This document shows positions 19,373-30,122 of a DNA stretch of 64,000 bases, piece after piece. The translations under genes and the position numbers were made by a program. Source of the DNA: a virus (taxonomy: Duplodnaviria; Caudoviricetes). The stretch's first letter is position 1. The number at the start of each line of letters is the position of its first letter. The DNA lies in IMG/VR virus record IMGVR_UViG_3300042381_000848, positions 1,023 to 65,022 of that record, one strand, 5' to 3'. The notes beneath the pieces were generated by a model. The model ran no database searches, was not told where the DNA came from, and saw nothing but the letters and a program-made list of their open reading frames with translations.

Positions 19373-21493
19373 TTAATTACCATATTTGTCTATAGTAGGA
19401 AACCAAAAACCGTCGACGGTTGCTAAATCTCCTTTAGACCTTTTTACTGCTGCCTGTAAACAAGCTAAAAAACTAGATCCGGTTATATTAAAAGTTTTTT
19501 TATTAGGACTCCTTAGTTCTATTGGCTCCATTGCCATTTGTTTCAGTGAAGGTTCCTTTCCGGCTAGCAATATTTCTACCTTCATTTTTTTTCCACCATC
19601 TGTCCAACCTGATCCAACACCTCGTACTATTACAAAATCTTTTACCTCACTTATGCCAACGAGTATCGATCCATATACATTAGCCATTAAATTATACACT
19701 TTAAGCATTAATGTTCCATCATCACGAAGATGTAAAAAAGCTTTCGCATCTGGCATCCAATCTCTACTTATACCAATTTCGCGATCAATATACCAAACTT
19801 TTAATTTTGCATCCCATCGTAATTTTGCTTTTAATTCTTTTGCAACATTTTCAATACCTCTTCGATATGGTTTATCCGTTGTTACTTTTAATGATTTATT
19901 CGGAGTTGTTGTTGTAGTTTTAGCAGGTTCTTTTTTTGGTGTTACTGTAGGTTTAGGTGCAGTCTTAACAGCGGGTGTTGTTGATTTTACTGCCGGAGTT
20001 GTTGATTTAGGTACTTCTTTTTTTATAGGTTGATTTACTGTTACTGTGTTAGCCGCTTCATAATCAAAGCCAGATAAATCTTGCTCTAGAAGTATCGATT
20101 TTAAAGAAAATACTGATTCCGTTTTTAATGGTGCTGTTAATTTTTCGATTAACTGAGGTAATATTTCATCAGTATCTCCAAGTTTATAACCTTTATTTAA
20201 TGCACGTATTACTGCTTTTGACTTATCGCCCCATTTACCATCAATTGGTTTGTTCAAAGAAGCCCATGTTTTAACAGCTGGTACGTCTTTAAATGTAGGT
20301 ACTACTTTTTGCATAATCAATTGTTGAAATGCTTCTGCTACCCAATTTATATCAGTCAAATTTGTGTTACCTATCAATTGTTGTTTACGTATTTTTTGCT
20401 CTAATTTAACACCTGGATTTTTAGGATCATCATATTGACTAGTATATGTTAAAACTACATCACCGGTTAGTTGATTTGCATCTTGTTCTTTACCACTAAA
20501 AAATGTGTCTAAATCAGTCGTTATTGGTTGTTTATCATTGATTTGTTTTACTAAACGATCATATTGTTCTTTTGTTATTCGCCGGAATTTTGTATAGCCT
20601 TTATATTTTGTATCTAAAGGCGTTGTTTCATCAATGAATTCGAATTCTGTTAAATCTCGAAACATTTCTTTTTCAAATTGAAGCCACTCCGGTGTTTTAT
20701 CAACATACCGTGCATTTGACCATAATCCATTGATTTCTGAAACTACAACATCATTAGCAGTAGTATGCTGTTTTATATCAGTTTTTGGATCAAATGTATC
20801 TTTTAGTTTAAATAATAGTATTGATCCGATTCTAGCCTGAACAAATGTATCGCCTGGTTTAAATTTAGATTCTGCAGTTTTTTCTTTCGTGTCTGATGAA
20901 CTACCACCTCCGTTGTCTTTTTTAACAACTACTATCTTCTCGTCTCCGCTAGGTACGTCAGCAATTGTATTATTAAGTATGTCATTGATTTGTTTGATTA
21001 ATGAAGCACCTGTAAAATTATCTATAAATTTATCCGAAGCTGAAGTATTTATAACCGAAACAAAATCACTTACTTTGATAACATCACTACTACCAACTTT
21101 ACCTGATGACTTAGGTGGTGTTTTAAAGTAATCATCAATGTCTTGCCATTCTTGCTTTCCTTTATCAACATTTACTAGTTTTCGTTTGGGATAAATTAAT
21201 ACATCAGTTACCAGACGACGTTCTGAACCTTGTTTCCGATCATCACCTATTACATAATACCAATCGCCATTTGCAAATTTAGATGCAGGGCCATATTGTG
21301 TATTTTTAGGCGATGTTAAAACATACATGATATCTTGTTCAAAATTTGGCGGAGTTTCCTCATCACGAGTTGCTTTAAACTTGATACGAAATACACCTGC
21401 CATTAAATCTGCCGCTTTTGCTATTATAGCATTAGGTGACTTTTTTAATATATAATTTACATCTTCTGTTAATAGTTTTTTTAAACTGATCAT
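19373..21493 (-). CDS. Large late protein with N-terminal and internal LKxLLxE-type tags (putative internal head polyprotein)
   Basis: MISLKKLLTE|D start; internal FSLKSILLE|Q; PIDGKWGDKS resembles a peptidoglycan-binding motif. Confidence 0.5.
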   Translation of the reverse strand: MISLKKLLTEDVNYILKKSPNAIIAKAADLMAGVFRIKFKATRDEETPPNFEQDIMYVLTSPKNTQYGPASKFANGDWYYVIGDDRKQGSERRLVTDVLIYPKRKLVNVDKGKQEWQDIDDYFKTPPKSSGKVGSSDVIKVSDFVSVINTSASDKFIDNFTGASLIKQINDILNNTIADVPSGDEKIVVVKKDNGGGSSSDTKEKTAESKFKPGDTFVQARIGSILLFKLKDTFDPKTDIKQHTTANDVVVSEINGLWSNARYVDKTPEWLQFEKEMFRDLTEFEFIDETTPLDTKYKGYTKFRRITKEQYDRLVKQINDKQPITTDLDTFFSGKEQDANQLTGDVVLTYTSQYDDPKNPGVKLEQKIRKQQLIGNTNLTDINWVAEAFQQLIMQKVVPTFKDVPAVKTWASLNKPIDGKWGDKSKAVIRALNKGYKLGDTDEILPQLIEKLTAPLKTESVFSLKSILLEQDLSGFDYEAANTVTVNQPIKKEVPKSTTPAVKSTTPAVKTAPKPTVTPKKEPAKTTTTTPNKSLKVTTDKPYRRGIENVAKELKAKLRWDAKLKVWYIDREIGISRDWMPDAKAFLHLRDDGTLMLKVYNLMANVYGSILVGISEVKDFVIVRGVGSGWTDGGKKMKVEILLAGKEPSLKQMAMEPIELRSPNKKTFNITGSSFLACLQAAVKRSKGDLATVDGFWFPTIDKYGN

Positions 21494-21519
21494 TTTTTAA
21501 CCTTTATATATAATAAATA

Positions 21520-22065
21520 TCACCAATCTACTAATACGAGCTTGTTATTCCACAACATCATGTTCGATGAACTAAAATCTAAATCTAAATCAAAATCGGC
21601 AATACCTAATTTGTCTACATCTCTTTGCAATGCTCGAATAAAATTAACTAGTTTAACATCCATATTACGGGCTCCATCTGCATCTAAAAAATCAAATATT
21701 GAAACTTCACCTCCTTCTGATCTAGCAAATTGTTTGAATTGATCTGTGAATGCATCAATATTCATACGATCTGAATCTGGTAATATTTCTGCATTTGCCA
21801 TTATATACAATTGTTCTCGATCACTAATATAATATACCGGTATAAAACATGTAAATTCAGCTGACCGATTTACAATAATTGTAGCAACTTCAAATTCATC
21901 GCGTTCAGTGGTAATTTTAAAAACTTTATCTTCTCCATCAATCTCATAGACACGGCCATTATCACCTCCACCGATTAAACGAAATTGTTTGTTTTTTATT
22001 TTATCTAACAATCTAGTTTTTTCTGAGTCAGATAATTCTCGTAAAAGTTGTTTTAATCGTATCAT
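21520..22065 (-). CDS. Minimal protein-kinase-like protein
   Basis: IGGGDNGRVY Gly loop, VFKIT lysine, LDFSSSN catalytic loop, LVDW. Confidence 0.65.
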   Translation of the reverse strand: MIRLKQLLRELSDSEKTRLLDKIKNKQFRLIGGGDNGRVYEIDGEDKVFKITTERDEFEVATIIVNRSAEFTCFIPVYYISDREQLYIMANAEILPDSDRMNIDAFTDQFKQFARSEGGEVSIFDFLDADGARNMDVKLVNFIRALQRDVDKLGIADFDLDLDFSSSNMMLWNNKLVLVDW

Positions 22066-23690
22066 GCTATATTCTTATCTAAATCTATTCTTATTAAAAA
22101 ATTCATATCAACATCAGAACGTTTACGTATAGGTTGTGCTAATTTACCAATTGCCAATAATTGTCCGGCATCATCATATAATCCAATTGTTGTGATATAT
22201 GGTGCAAATGCACTACCGGTCACAAACGATTTAAATGTTTGATCATCATCTGCTGTTAATGATATATTAGATGACACATTGTAATCGCCAGCTGCAACTT
22301 TTGCTAATACTCCAAATTCATATATTGTTTTAGTACTTCTATATGATGCAGTATACGGCAAATTTAATATGTTATTAAATCTATAATCAGGTGTTGATAT
22401 TGTAACAACGCCTTGTTTAGCAAACACATTTCCGATATGATTTGTTTGCATAAAAGTTCCGCCGACAGGACGATTAGCTAATCTACCAATTTCCGTTGCA
22501 GTTAATGCTCGATTAAAAATACGTATTTCATCTAAATTACCTGTCATATTTGCATTTGATTCCCAACCGCCAATATATAATGGATCTGTATTATCAATAC
22601 GAGCTGATGCTGTAAATGGTGAAAGTGTATCAATTAACAAGTTATTAGTAGTAGACATATCCAAATTACCATCTATCCAAATTTCCATGGAACTACCACT
22701 TTTTTGACATACTACATGCACATGTGCAGTAGCATCAACTTCTATTGTAGATGTTAACTGTGATTTGAATGCCGTACTGCCAGCAATTGAAAATACAATA
22801 TAACTCGATGGACCTACTTCGATTTTAAATGGATATTGTGGAGTTAATGAACTTGAAGCTTTAGTCATAACCAATGTAGACTCACTTCCTGTATTTTCTG
22901 AAAATATAAAAAATGAAATTGCATAATTATGATTACGATCGTAATATCCATCAAGTTCTGTTTTTATATAACCGGTGCCATCAAACTGCGCAAGTAATCC
23001 ATAATTCTCATTCGCATTATCTAGATAAGTTATGCCTGGAATAAAATTTATATTTGCATATTCATATGTAATTTTAGATGTATCAAAATATTCATTGAAT
23101 CCCTCATAAAACTTAACACCTGACACGATTGAACTAGTATTATATGCTGCATTATATAAATTTCCATATCTATCAGAAGAAATATACAATGGCGTATTAC
23201 TAGAATATGAAGATGTTCCGTATGATGCAGATCCATACATACTACCACTAACATAACTTGCAGTCATTACAAATGATGCCGGTTTAATGCCTTCTCCTAC
23301 GCATACTTGAGGAAATGATAAAATGGATGCCGACTGATATAAAAACTTCTTAGTCCTGTTTAAATCGGTAGGACCATAGGTTTTCATCGGTTCCGATTTA
23401 TGTTTATAATATAAATGGTTGATAGAAAAATATGTAATAGTTTGCAATGATTCATCTACATTCTTTAAATCATTAAATGTTAAACTAGTACCTAATGCCG
23501 GCAACGTATTAATATCAGAATAAACAGCTTGCAAAGGCAATGCACTAGATGTAACACTACCTGAAATAACTGTCCATGATTTATATGTTTGAAATGGATT
23601 AACATTTACATCAGATGACTCAATCTTTTTAAAGACTGTTGGATATACACCTTTATATGTATCTTGATGTTGTATTTTTGATTCTGCCAT
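22062..23690 (-). CDS. Virion/baseplate protein with LamG-like domain
   Basis: LYIGGW...GNLDEIRIFNRALTATEI; C-terminal YITTIGLYDDAGQLLAIGKL shared with the neighbouring gene. Confidence 0.7.
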   Translation of the reverse strand: MAESKIQHQDTYKGVYPTVFKKIESSDVNVNPFQTYKSWTVISGSVTSSALPLQAVYSDINTLPALGTSLTFNDLKNVDESLQTITYFSINHLYYKHKSEPMKTYGPTDLNRTKKFLYQSASILSFPQVCVGEGIKPASFVMTASYVSGSMYGSASYGTSSYSSNTPLYISSDRYGNLYNAAYNTSSIVSGVKFYEGFNEYFDTSKITYEYANINFIPGITYLDNANENYGLLAQFDGTGYIKTELDGYYDRNHNYAISFFIFSENTGSESTLVMTKASSSLTPQYPFKIEVGPSSYIVFSIAGSTAFKSQLTSTIEVDATAHVHVVCQKSGSSMEIWIDGNLDMSTTNNLLIDTLSPFTASARIDNTDPLYIGGWESNANMTGNLDEIRIFNRALTATEIGRLANRPVGGTFMQTNHIGNVFAKQGVVTISTPDYRFNNILNLPYTASYRSTKTIYEFGVLAKVAAGDYNVSSNISLTADDDQTFKSFVTGSAFAPYITTIGLYDDAGQLLAIGKLAQPIRKRSDVDMNFLIRIDLDKNIA

Positions 23691-23693
23691 GAT

Positions 23694-23728
23694 TAGTAAA
23701 AACCCGTTATACTTATAAATATAACGGG
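23694..23728 (-). terminator. Intrinsic terminator that contains a late-promoter motif
   Basis: CCCGTTATA-TTTATAAG-TATAACGGG then TTTTTACTA. Confidence 0.65.
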
Positions 23729-23748
23729 CTCAAATTACTGTATATTTT

Positions 23749-25050
23749 TTAGTAGTCTAATTTGACTCTAATCAATGCTTCTCGTTGGAATGATTTCAAT
23801 AATGGTTTCGAAAGTTTTGCAACTGCTAATAATTCCTGTGAATCATTATATAAACCAACTGTTGTAATATATGTTTTTGGATCACCGATATATGTTGATT
23901 GTGCTACTTGTCCAACACTCCCCGTAACATACGAAGGATTATTAGAAAAATTATATTCCGCATTTTTTACCCTTACAAAATAATGTGTACTTGTTACTTT
24001 TTCTGAATTACGTGCTAAGAAACCATATGGATCATTGGTAGCTAAATTTGTTACCGTTGCAGATCCTGAAATTGAGTGGTACAATGCAAAATGATTATTA
24101 CCTTCAGAACTAGAACCTGTATTAGTTTGGAATCTCAATTTTTGATCTAACATTTTTCCATCTAATATCAATGTTCCATAATCTGGATAAACTAATCCAT
24201 AATAAACCGGTGCTGATGGATTAAATACACCTCCATTAATTGAACCAGAAACAATATTATAAACTTTTCCTGAATCGCCAACAGTTGCTGATGAAATTGA
24301 TGAATCATCAATCAATGTTATAATGGTAGATCCAGATGTTACAATACTACCCGTTGCATTAGTTGGCCTAGAACCAGATATAGTTTGTAATGGTAATTCA
24401 AAATTACCAGCATCTAAACGTTCTTTTAATCTGTTACGTTTAAAATTAACAACATAGATATAATCTGTACTTCCTGATCCAGCCGTTGTAAAACGTGTAT
24501 CTGTTGGAGATAACAATAATTGTCTATATTGTGAATAGATTGCTTTACTTGGAGAATCATTAAGTTGACCTTGTGAATCAGATCCACTTCCTAATGCATG
24601 ACCAAATGCCAATGAAAACTGTACTGCTGAACCCGTTTCTGTAGTAGCTTTGTGATATGTGTCAACATAATAACGTCGTTGCGATGTAGTTTGCGTTGAT
24701 GACGTAAAAAACGTTTCTAAACTAGCCATATTATCAGACCATAAACCTGCCGTAACAGTTTCAGTTTGATTTGAAATAATATCATTTGCAGTATCAAATT
24801 TGGTATACGTTCTACCATTTCTTGCTAAAATCTGTGTTTGTTGTTGTTCAGCAACCATTTGATTAGCAAGTTGTTGTGCCAATTGTCTAACTTGATCTGT
24901 TATTGCAGGAGTTGACGCAGCGACTGCATCGCGCGGAGCCGTTCCTGCTGCAGCAGTTGTACCTGTTAAATTAAGTCTAGGTACTCCCCCTTGTCGATCT
25001 TGTTGTTTTAACGCTTTAATGAAATTATTCATTTTCATATTTTTTTCCAT
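23749..25050 (-). CDS. Virion/baseplate structural protein
   Basis: C-terminal YITTVGLYNDSQELLAVAKLSKP paralogous to 22062-23690. Confidence 0.65.
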   Translation of the reverse strand: MEKNMKMNNFIKALKQQDRQGGVPRLNLTGTTAAAGTAPRDAVAASTPAITDQVRQLAQQLANQMVAEQQQTQILARNGRTYTKFDTANDIISNQTETVTAGLWSDNMASLETFFTSSTQTTSQRRYYVDTYHKATTETGSAVQFSLAFGHALGSGSDSQGQLNDSPSKAIYSQYRQLLLSPTDTRFTTAGSGSTDYIYVVNFKRNRLKERLDAGNFELPLQTISGSRPTNATGSIVTSGSTIITLIDDSSISSATVGDSGKVYNIVSGSINGGVFNPSAPVYYGLVYPDYGTLILDGKMLDQKLRFQTNTGSSSEGNNHFALYHSISGSATVTNLATNDPYGFLARNSEKVTSTHYFVRVKNAEYNFSNNPSYVTGSVGQVAQSTYIGDPKTYITTVGLYNDSQELLAVAKLSKPLLKSFQREALIRVKLDY

Positions 25051-25053
25051 ATA

Positions 25054-25704
25054 TTAAATAGTTGCAGTAGTTGCTTTTTTAACTGTTACAGTAATAGTAA
25101 CACTACCACCAGTCTCATTTCCAATCACAGTAACGGTAGCCGTTTTATCTTCAATCATTTGTGTTTTAGCAACAATGCGGAATTCAAATCCAGCAACTGC
25201 AACACTTTGTGCATCTTCATTATCACCAATAAAACGAGGTGTGGTTGGCATTGTTGAATTTTGTAATGCCCTAGTTACTTGAATATCTGCAACCGATGAA
25301 TCAGACAAAATAGCTGTATATCCTAAATTAGCATTCCCACCTTGAAAATTGCTTGTATTTGGTGCTACGATAGAACTATCACCTGGAGCAGCTAAAGTAA
25401 TTGAAGTATTTCCAACTGTTACAACCGGTATATTAGTTGTTTGTTTTGGCAATGTAATTAACTTGTATTTTAATGCTTGAGTTTCATCCGGAATTGCTTC
25501 TGTAACTGGCATATTTTCTATAATAGTACCATAATAATCAGTTCCTAGTGGATGATCTGGATTCCATAATGAATAATCAATTTCATCATCTCCTAGAGCA
25601 AATTGTGTAATTTTAAATGCATTACCACCTTTTGCTAGTAATTCTCGACCTTTTAATGTTAATATCGCGTCAATCGTTACGCTTGAATTATCTAAGTATC
25701 CCAT
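25054..25704 (-). CDS. Baseplate/tail structural protein
   Basis: AILTLKGRELLA...ITQFALGDDEIDY; late motif; baseplate cluster. Confidence 0.6.
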   Translation of the reverse strand: MGYLDNSSVTIDAILTLKGRELLAKGGNAFKITQFALGDDEIDYSLWNPDHPLGTDYYGTIIENMPVTEAIPDETQALKYKLITLPKQTTNIPVVTVGNTSITLAAPGDSSIVAPNTSNFQGGNANLGYTAILSDSSVADIQVTRALQNSTMPTTPRFIGDNEDAQSVAVAGFEFRIVAKTQMIEDKTATVTVIGNETGGSVTITVTVKKATTATI

Positions 25705-25746
25705 ATGTTTTAACCTTATTTCATATAAATATGTATAGTATAAAAT

Positions 25747-28700
25747 TTATACCAAAACAAAACTGCCTTGTTCGCCATTGTTTTGATATATTAATTGATT
25801 TGGATTTGCCGTTCGCCATTCTACCACCGGACCTCCATCTATCGTTTGTGTTGAATTTACATTAAATCCAGGTGACGTTAATTTTGCACCTGAGTATCTT
25901 TGATTATCAATACCTGTTGGTAAATAATCACTGAATTGCGATGGTGTATAATTTGTCGTAGAATTTATAATAATTTTATATTCAGTATATTCAGAAAACA
26001 CACTGCCAGTTATTGTAGGTCCAACTGCTTCACTTCTCCAATATGGGGTCGATGCAGTAATATATGTACTTCCAGATCTAATCAAATATTCATATGAATA
26101 TGTTGTTCCGTCATATTTTTTAGCTTGCGATGCCGTTAAATACATTTGCCACTGATCATCATCTTGTGCTGATATAGAAAGTATATCTCCATCTATTGCA
26201 CCTAAATATTGCAAGTAATCACCTGAGGCTACTGGTTGAGTTTGATCTATAAGTGCATAATAACTTGAATCATATTGTTTTAGTTTAGGTAATATTGTAT
26301 CTTTACTTCGTTCTAATACATTTGGTTGAATTACAATGCCGGTGGTTTTATCTGCACGTGCTGGTAATAATTGATCTAATTGTTTAAAAAATGATAAATC
26401 AAATAACGTAAACATTTTAATATACGAATTAATATCATTTCTATCCGCATATTTTTTCCAATATCCTTCCGCGGCTTGTATCAACCTAGGATATGATTTT
26501 GCCTCTACCTCACCTGGATCGCCAATATACTGATCTAACTCAGTAAATCCTAGTTGTGCAATGACATCTTCATCAATCATTGTCTGTGGAGAAAAATATA
26601 CTCCTAATTTTTTGCTATCTAACGGCGCTTTATCAAATTGACTACGTTCTGCTCTAGTTTTAACATCTAATGGAGCAATTAATTCATTTGATTCAATTCG
26701 TATTTTATTATCATCATATGTACCTGCTCCTAATGATATAGCATCATAATAATATGTTTCTTCAATTGAATCATATGGCGTTGCTAATGACCAATTTGTA
26801 AATGATGCAGATATATTGGAAGGAGCTGGTTGAACTCCAATTAAACTAGATGTTTGTGCATGATTTATTTTTTGCGTAAGTGGTAATCTAAATAATAATT
26901 CAGAATATGCATCTACGTTACCATCATATGCTGCAGGTGCTTTTACATGATTATCAAATGCAGAATCTTGCAAACTAGAAGACCATAATCTTAATTCTTG
27001 TAATTGTCCTACAAATCTACTACCACTAGTTGCACTTCCTAATATCACTGTTCCAACAGATGCAAAAGATGCAGTTGTTGATGCAGAAACTGCTGCTACA
27101 ATTTTTCCGTATTTAGATTTTTTTGCTATTAAATCTAAGTTAGTGCCATTTTTTCGTAATACAGCTGTAAGCCATTCATCATTATAAATTTCAATATTGG
27201 CTGAACTAGTACCATTTAATTGTAACGTTCCTTTATTACCACTAGTAAAATCAATTGTTACTACGTTTGAGCCTACTGTGAACAAGTTCATTGTACTAGG
27301 TATATATGGATTTGCTACAATATCATCTGTTCGGAAACGCAGTTCAACCGCATTAATCGGCGATGTGTAATTTACAGATACACTACCTGATATACTGCTA
27401 CTTAAATCTAATGCATAGTCAAAATTTAATTTTTCATATATTGGAGCTCTTTCCAATCTAGGTCCACCGTATTCATTGATTGATATCATTGATTGTGGAA
27501 TTCCATAACATGATAACAATGCTTGAACGCTTCGTTTTGTACCTTTAGATTTTAAAAGTAATGGTAAATTATTTACTATTCGTCTCCAAACGGCATAGGT
27601 CCTATCTTGAGCTGATAATGATGTTCCATTAATTGAATTAGATCCAGTTTGTGGAATTCCATTTTCATTAGTACCTAAAACATATGACCATAATTCTTGT
27701 TGTTGATTCCCATTAGTTAAATTCCATCCAAATTGTTTTGCTACAGTATATAACAATTCATTCGGCATACCTAATTTAGGATTTTCTTCACGCATATGAA
27801 TTCGATTCATATGATTGATATATGAATATATGATATCATAATGATGACCTAACATTCGTACGAATAATACCATTTGTGCATTATTAGAATCAAATCTAAT
27901 AAATTCCGGAAGCGAATATTCTAATGAATTCAAGTTAAATGAATCATATAATGACGAAGAATCTAATAATGAATTATACCATGTATTGAATTGACTACTA
28001 GTTACTGAATATAATGCGTATGGATATGTAGATGTAGATTTTGGTACTGGCTGTACGTAACTACCCGTTAGATCTGCATAAACTGCATTTTCTTTAGCAA
28101 TATCGAAAGTAGATAATTTAGATGCTGAATCATAATATAGATATTTTTCAAATCCATCAAATCCTCCAATTAAATTGGTTTGATACAATTTATATTCAGC
28201 CGAATTTGATTCTGCATTACTTCCTGATATTTGCGAGATTAATATACTTTGTGATGCATAATATTCTAAAAGTTGTAATTTATATTTAAAATTAGTTAAA
28301 CGTTCTGTTGCTGAGCTATAAAATATAAAATTATTAAAATCTGAATAATCAATATTCAATTGTGCGCCACTTAAACTACTGGAAAAATATGAATCAACAA
28401 TTTGTTGCGAAGTTTGAGTAGATGATCCTAATAATTCATTCCAATTTTTAAACCCAGTTTCTGATGATAAATTTAATACATTATTAGCTTGCCAATTTGG
28501 ATTAGATAGTGTGTTGTATTGTTTAGTAAATGATTTAGCAGTTATAGATATTTTATCTATATATGTATCTTTTTGTTCTTCAACAATCCAACATTTAAAA
28601 TCTATATCAATATCAGCAGATAATGGTTCTGCTAATTTAATGTATACATATTCTCCAATAACAACGCTATTAACAAACAATACACAGTTATTTCTACTAA

Positions 28701-29247
28701 AATTTAATAGATAATTTTTATAATATGTATCCGTAGTTTGTTTAACTGTTTGAATATATGATGTAATTTGTGTTAAAAATTGTGGATTATCTGCATCTAT
28801 AGCACGTAATCTTATTTCCGTACGATCTGGTGAAATTTCATCAATACGTAAATGTTGTAAATCGTAACTACCAATTAAATTTTTAAAAAAATTAATGGCA
28901 ATACGAAAAGTCCCGGAAGTTAATTTTAATTTATCAAATTCATTATATAAATTTATAGCTAATGGTTGTGCTGGAAATTGTATTAATGTATTTGTTTGTT
29001 TGTTGCGATATTCCGGTATTTTTGTTTCTAATTGAATTCGATGATTACCGGTAATCCATGTATCTCCGGCGTAAACATGCATCTCTACACGTTGCGATTC
29101 ATCTTGTTTATTTATTTCAGTATTAAAATAAATGGCTTCTTCAGCATCGAAACTAGCAAATTCCGTTTTACTACGAGATAAACGTTCTGCAGATATTGAA
29201 CCTGAAGCCGTTTGTATTTGTTCGATATTTTTATATTGTGTTAACAT
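25747..29247 (-). CDS. Large baseplate/tail protein
   Basis: 1166 aa; LLKSKGTKRSVQALLSCYG wedge-like motif and a LamG-like segment (GQLQELRLW). Confidence 0.65.
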   Translation of the reverse strand: MLTQYKNIEQIQTASGSISAERLSRSKTEFASFDAEEAIYFNTEINKQDESQRVEMHVYAGDTWITGNHRIQLETKIPEYRNKQTNTLIQFPAQPLAINLYNEFDKLKLTSGTFRIAINFFKNLIGSYDLQHLRIDEISPDRTEIRLRAIDADNPQFLTQITSYIQTVKQTTDTYYKNYLLNFSRNNCVLFVNSVVIGEYVYIKLAEPLSADIDIDFKCWIVEEQKDTYIDKISITAKSFTKQYNTLSNPNWQANNVLNLSSETGFKNWNELLGSSTQTSQQIVDSYFSSSLSGAQLNIDYSDFNNFIFYSSATERLTNFKYKLQLLEYYASQSILISQISGSNAESNSAEYKLYQTNLIGGFDGFEKYLYYDSASKLSTFDIAKENAVYADLTGSYVQPVPKSTSTYPYALYSVTSSQFNTWYNSLLDSSSLYDSFNLNSLEYSLPEFIRFDSNNAQMVLFVRMLGHHYDIIYSYINHMNRIHMREENPKLGMPNELLYTVAKQFGWNLTNGNQQQELWSYVLGTNENGIPQTGSNSINGTSLSAQDRTYAVWRRIVNNLPLLLKSKGTKRSVQALLSCYGIPQSMISINEYGGPRLERAPIYEKLNFDYALDLSSSISGSVSVNYTSPINAVELRFRTDDIVANPYIPSTMNLFTVGSNVVTIDFTSGNKGTLQLNGTSSANIEIYNDEWLTAVLRKNGTNLDLIAKKSKYGKIVAAVSASTTASFASVGTVILGSATSGSRFVGQLQELRLWSSSLQDSAFDNHVKAPAAYDGNVDAYSELLFRLPLTQKINHAQTSSLIGVQPAPSNISASFTNWSLATPYDSIEETYYYDAISLGAGTYDDNKIRIESNELIAPLDVKTRAERSQFDKAPLDSKKLGVYFSPQTMIDEDVIAQLGFTELDQYIGDPGEVEAKSYPRLIQAAEGYWKKYADRNDINSYIKMFTLFDLSFFKQLDQLLPARADKTTGIVIQPNVLERSKDTILPKLKQYDSSYYALIDQTQPVASGDYLQYLGAIDGDILSISAQDDDQWQMYLTASQAKKYDGTTYSYEYLIRSGSTYITASTPYWRSEAVGPTITGSVFSEYTEYKIIINSTTNYTPSQFSDYLPTGIDNQRYSGAKLTSPGFNVNSTQTIDGGPVVEWRTANPNQLIYQNNGEQGSFVLV

Positions 29248-30122
29248 TAGCTAATTTCTTGATTCCATTCATCTACATTTTTACTTGCATCTGTTATCGT
29301 CCAATATGATTGATCTGCTATAATAAAATGATATGCAGAATCATCATTTTGACCAGCAAATGCCCCAATACTCAAAGTATCGCCTATTTCAAATTCTTCA
29401 TTAGCAATCGTTATATCTAAATCTAAGTCTTGTATTTCATATTGATATATCGAACCAAATTCTGTTGGATTTGAAATTGAATTGTTAGCAAACGGACCTT
29501 TCCATTCTCGTATTAAACCCCCATCCGGTGAATTTAATATCAAAGAAAAATATGATGATCCATATCCGTTAACATCTGCTTGATATTTATGATTTAATTT
29601 AATCCTAAAACGAAGATCATTACCAGAATTTTTAATATCCTTAGTTATAAAATATCCATTTGTATTCTGCTGTGGTAATCCATCAACAACTTCATCCATT
29701 AAAATACCCGAATATCTTTGATTGCCATCTAGATTAGTATCACCCGTTACGATTCGTCTATCTTCAGATGGTTTATAACGTGCATATATTACATCTTGTG
29801 TAATGTCTAATTCTGGTAAAGTTAAATCTATATTAACATCTGCAGTTTCAATAACACGTGTTGTAGCAGGAAATTTAAAGTATTGAAATCTAGTATCTAA
29901 AACTTTAAGTACTGAACTCAATGTTATTCGCGTTGCAACTGGTTCAATAATAAGTAATGGATTTGTAGTCGAAGATTCTTGTAACATAACATTTCCAGCT
30001 TCATCTCTCGGAATAATATTAGTATCATTAGATGTTACAGTTAAATTTCCTTGATATTTTATTACCTGTTGAACTTTAACTGGATCTAATAATTTACTTA
30101 AATTTAATCTGGGTATAAACAT
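29247..30122 (-). CDS. Putative virion structural protein
   Basis: Stop/start-coupled within the baseplate operon. Confidence 0.55.
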   Translation of the reverse strand: MFIPRLNLSKLLDPVKVQQVIKYQGNLTVTSNDTNIIPRDEAGNVMLQESSTTNPLLIIEPVATRITLSSVLKVLDTRFQYFKFPATTRVIETADVNIDLTLPELDITQDVIYARYKPSEDRRIVTGDTNLDGNQRYSGILMDEVVDGLPQQNTNGYFITKDIKNSGNDLRFRIKLNHKYQADVNGYGSSYFSLILNSPDGGLIREWKGPFANNSISNPTEFGSIYQYEIQDLDLDITIANEEFEIGDTLSIGAFAGQNDDSAYHFIIADQSYWTITDASKNVDEWNQEIS

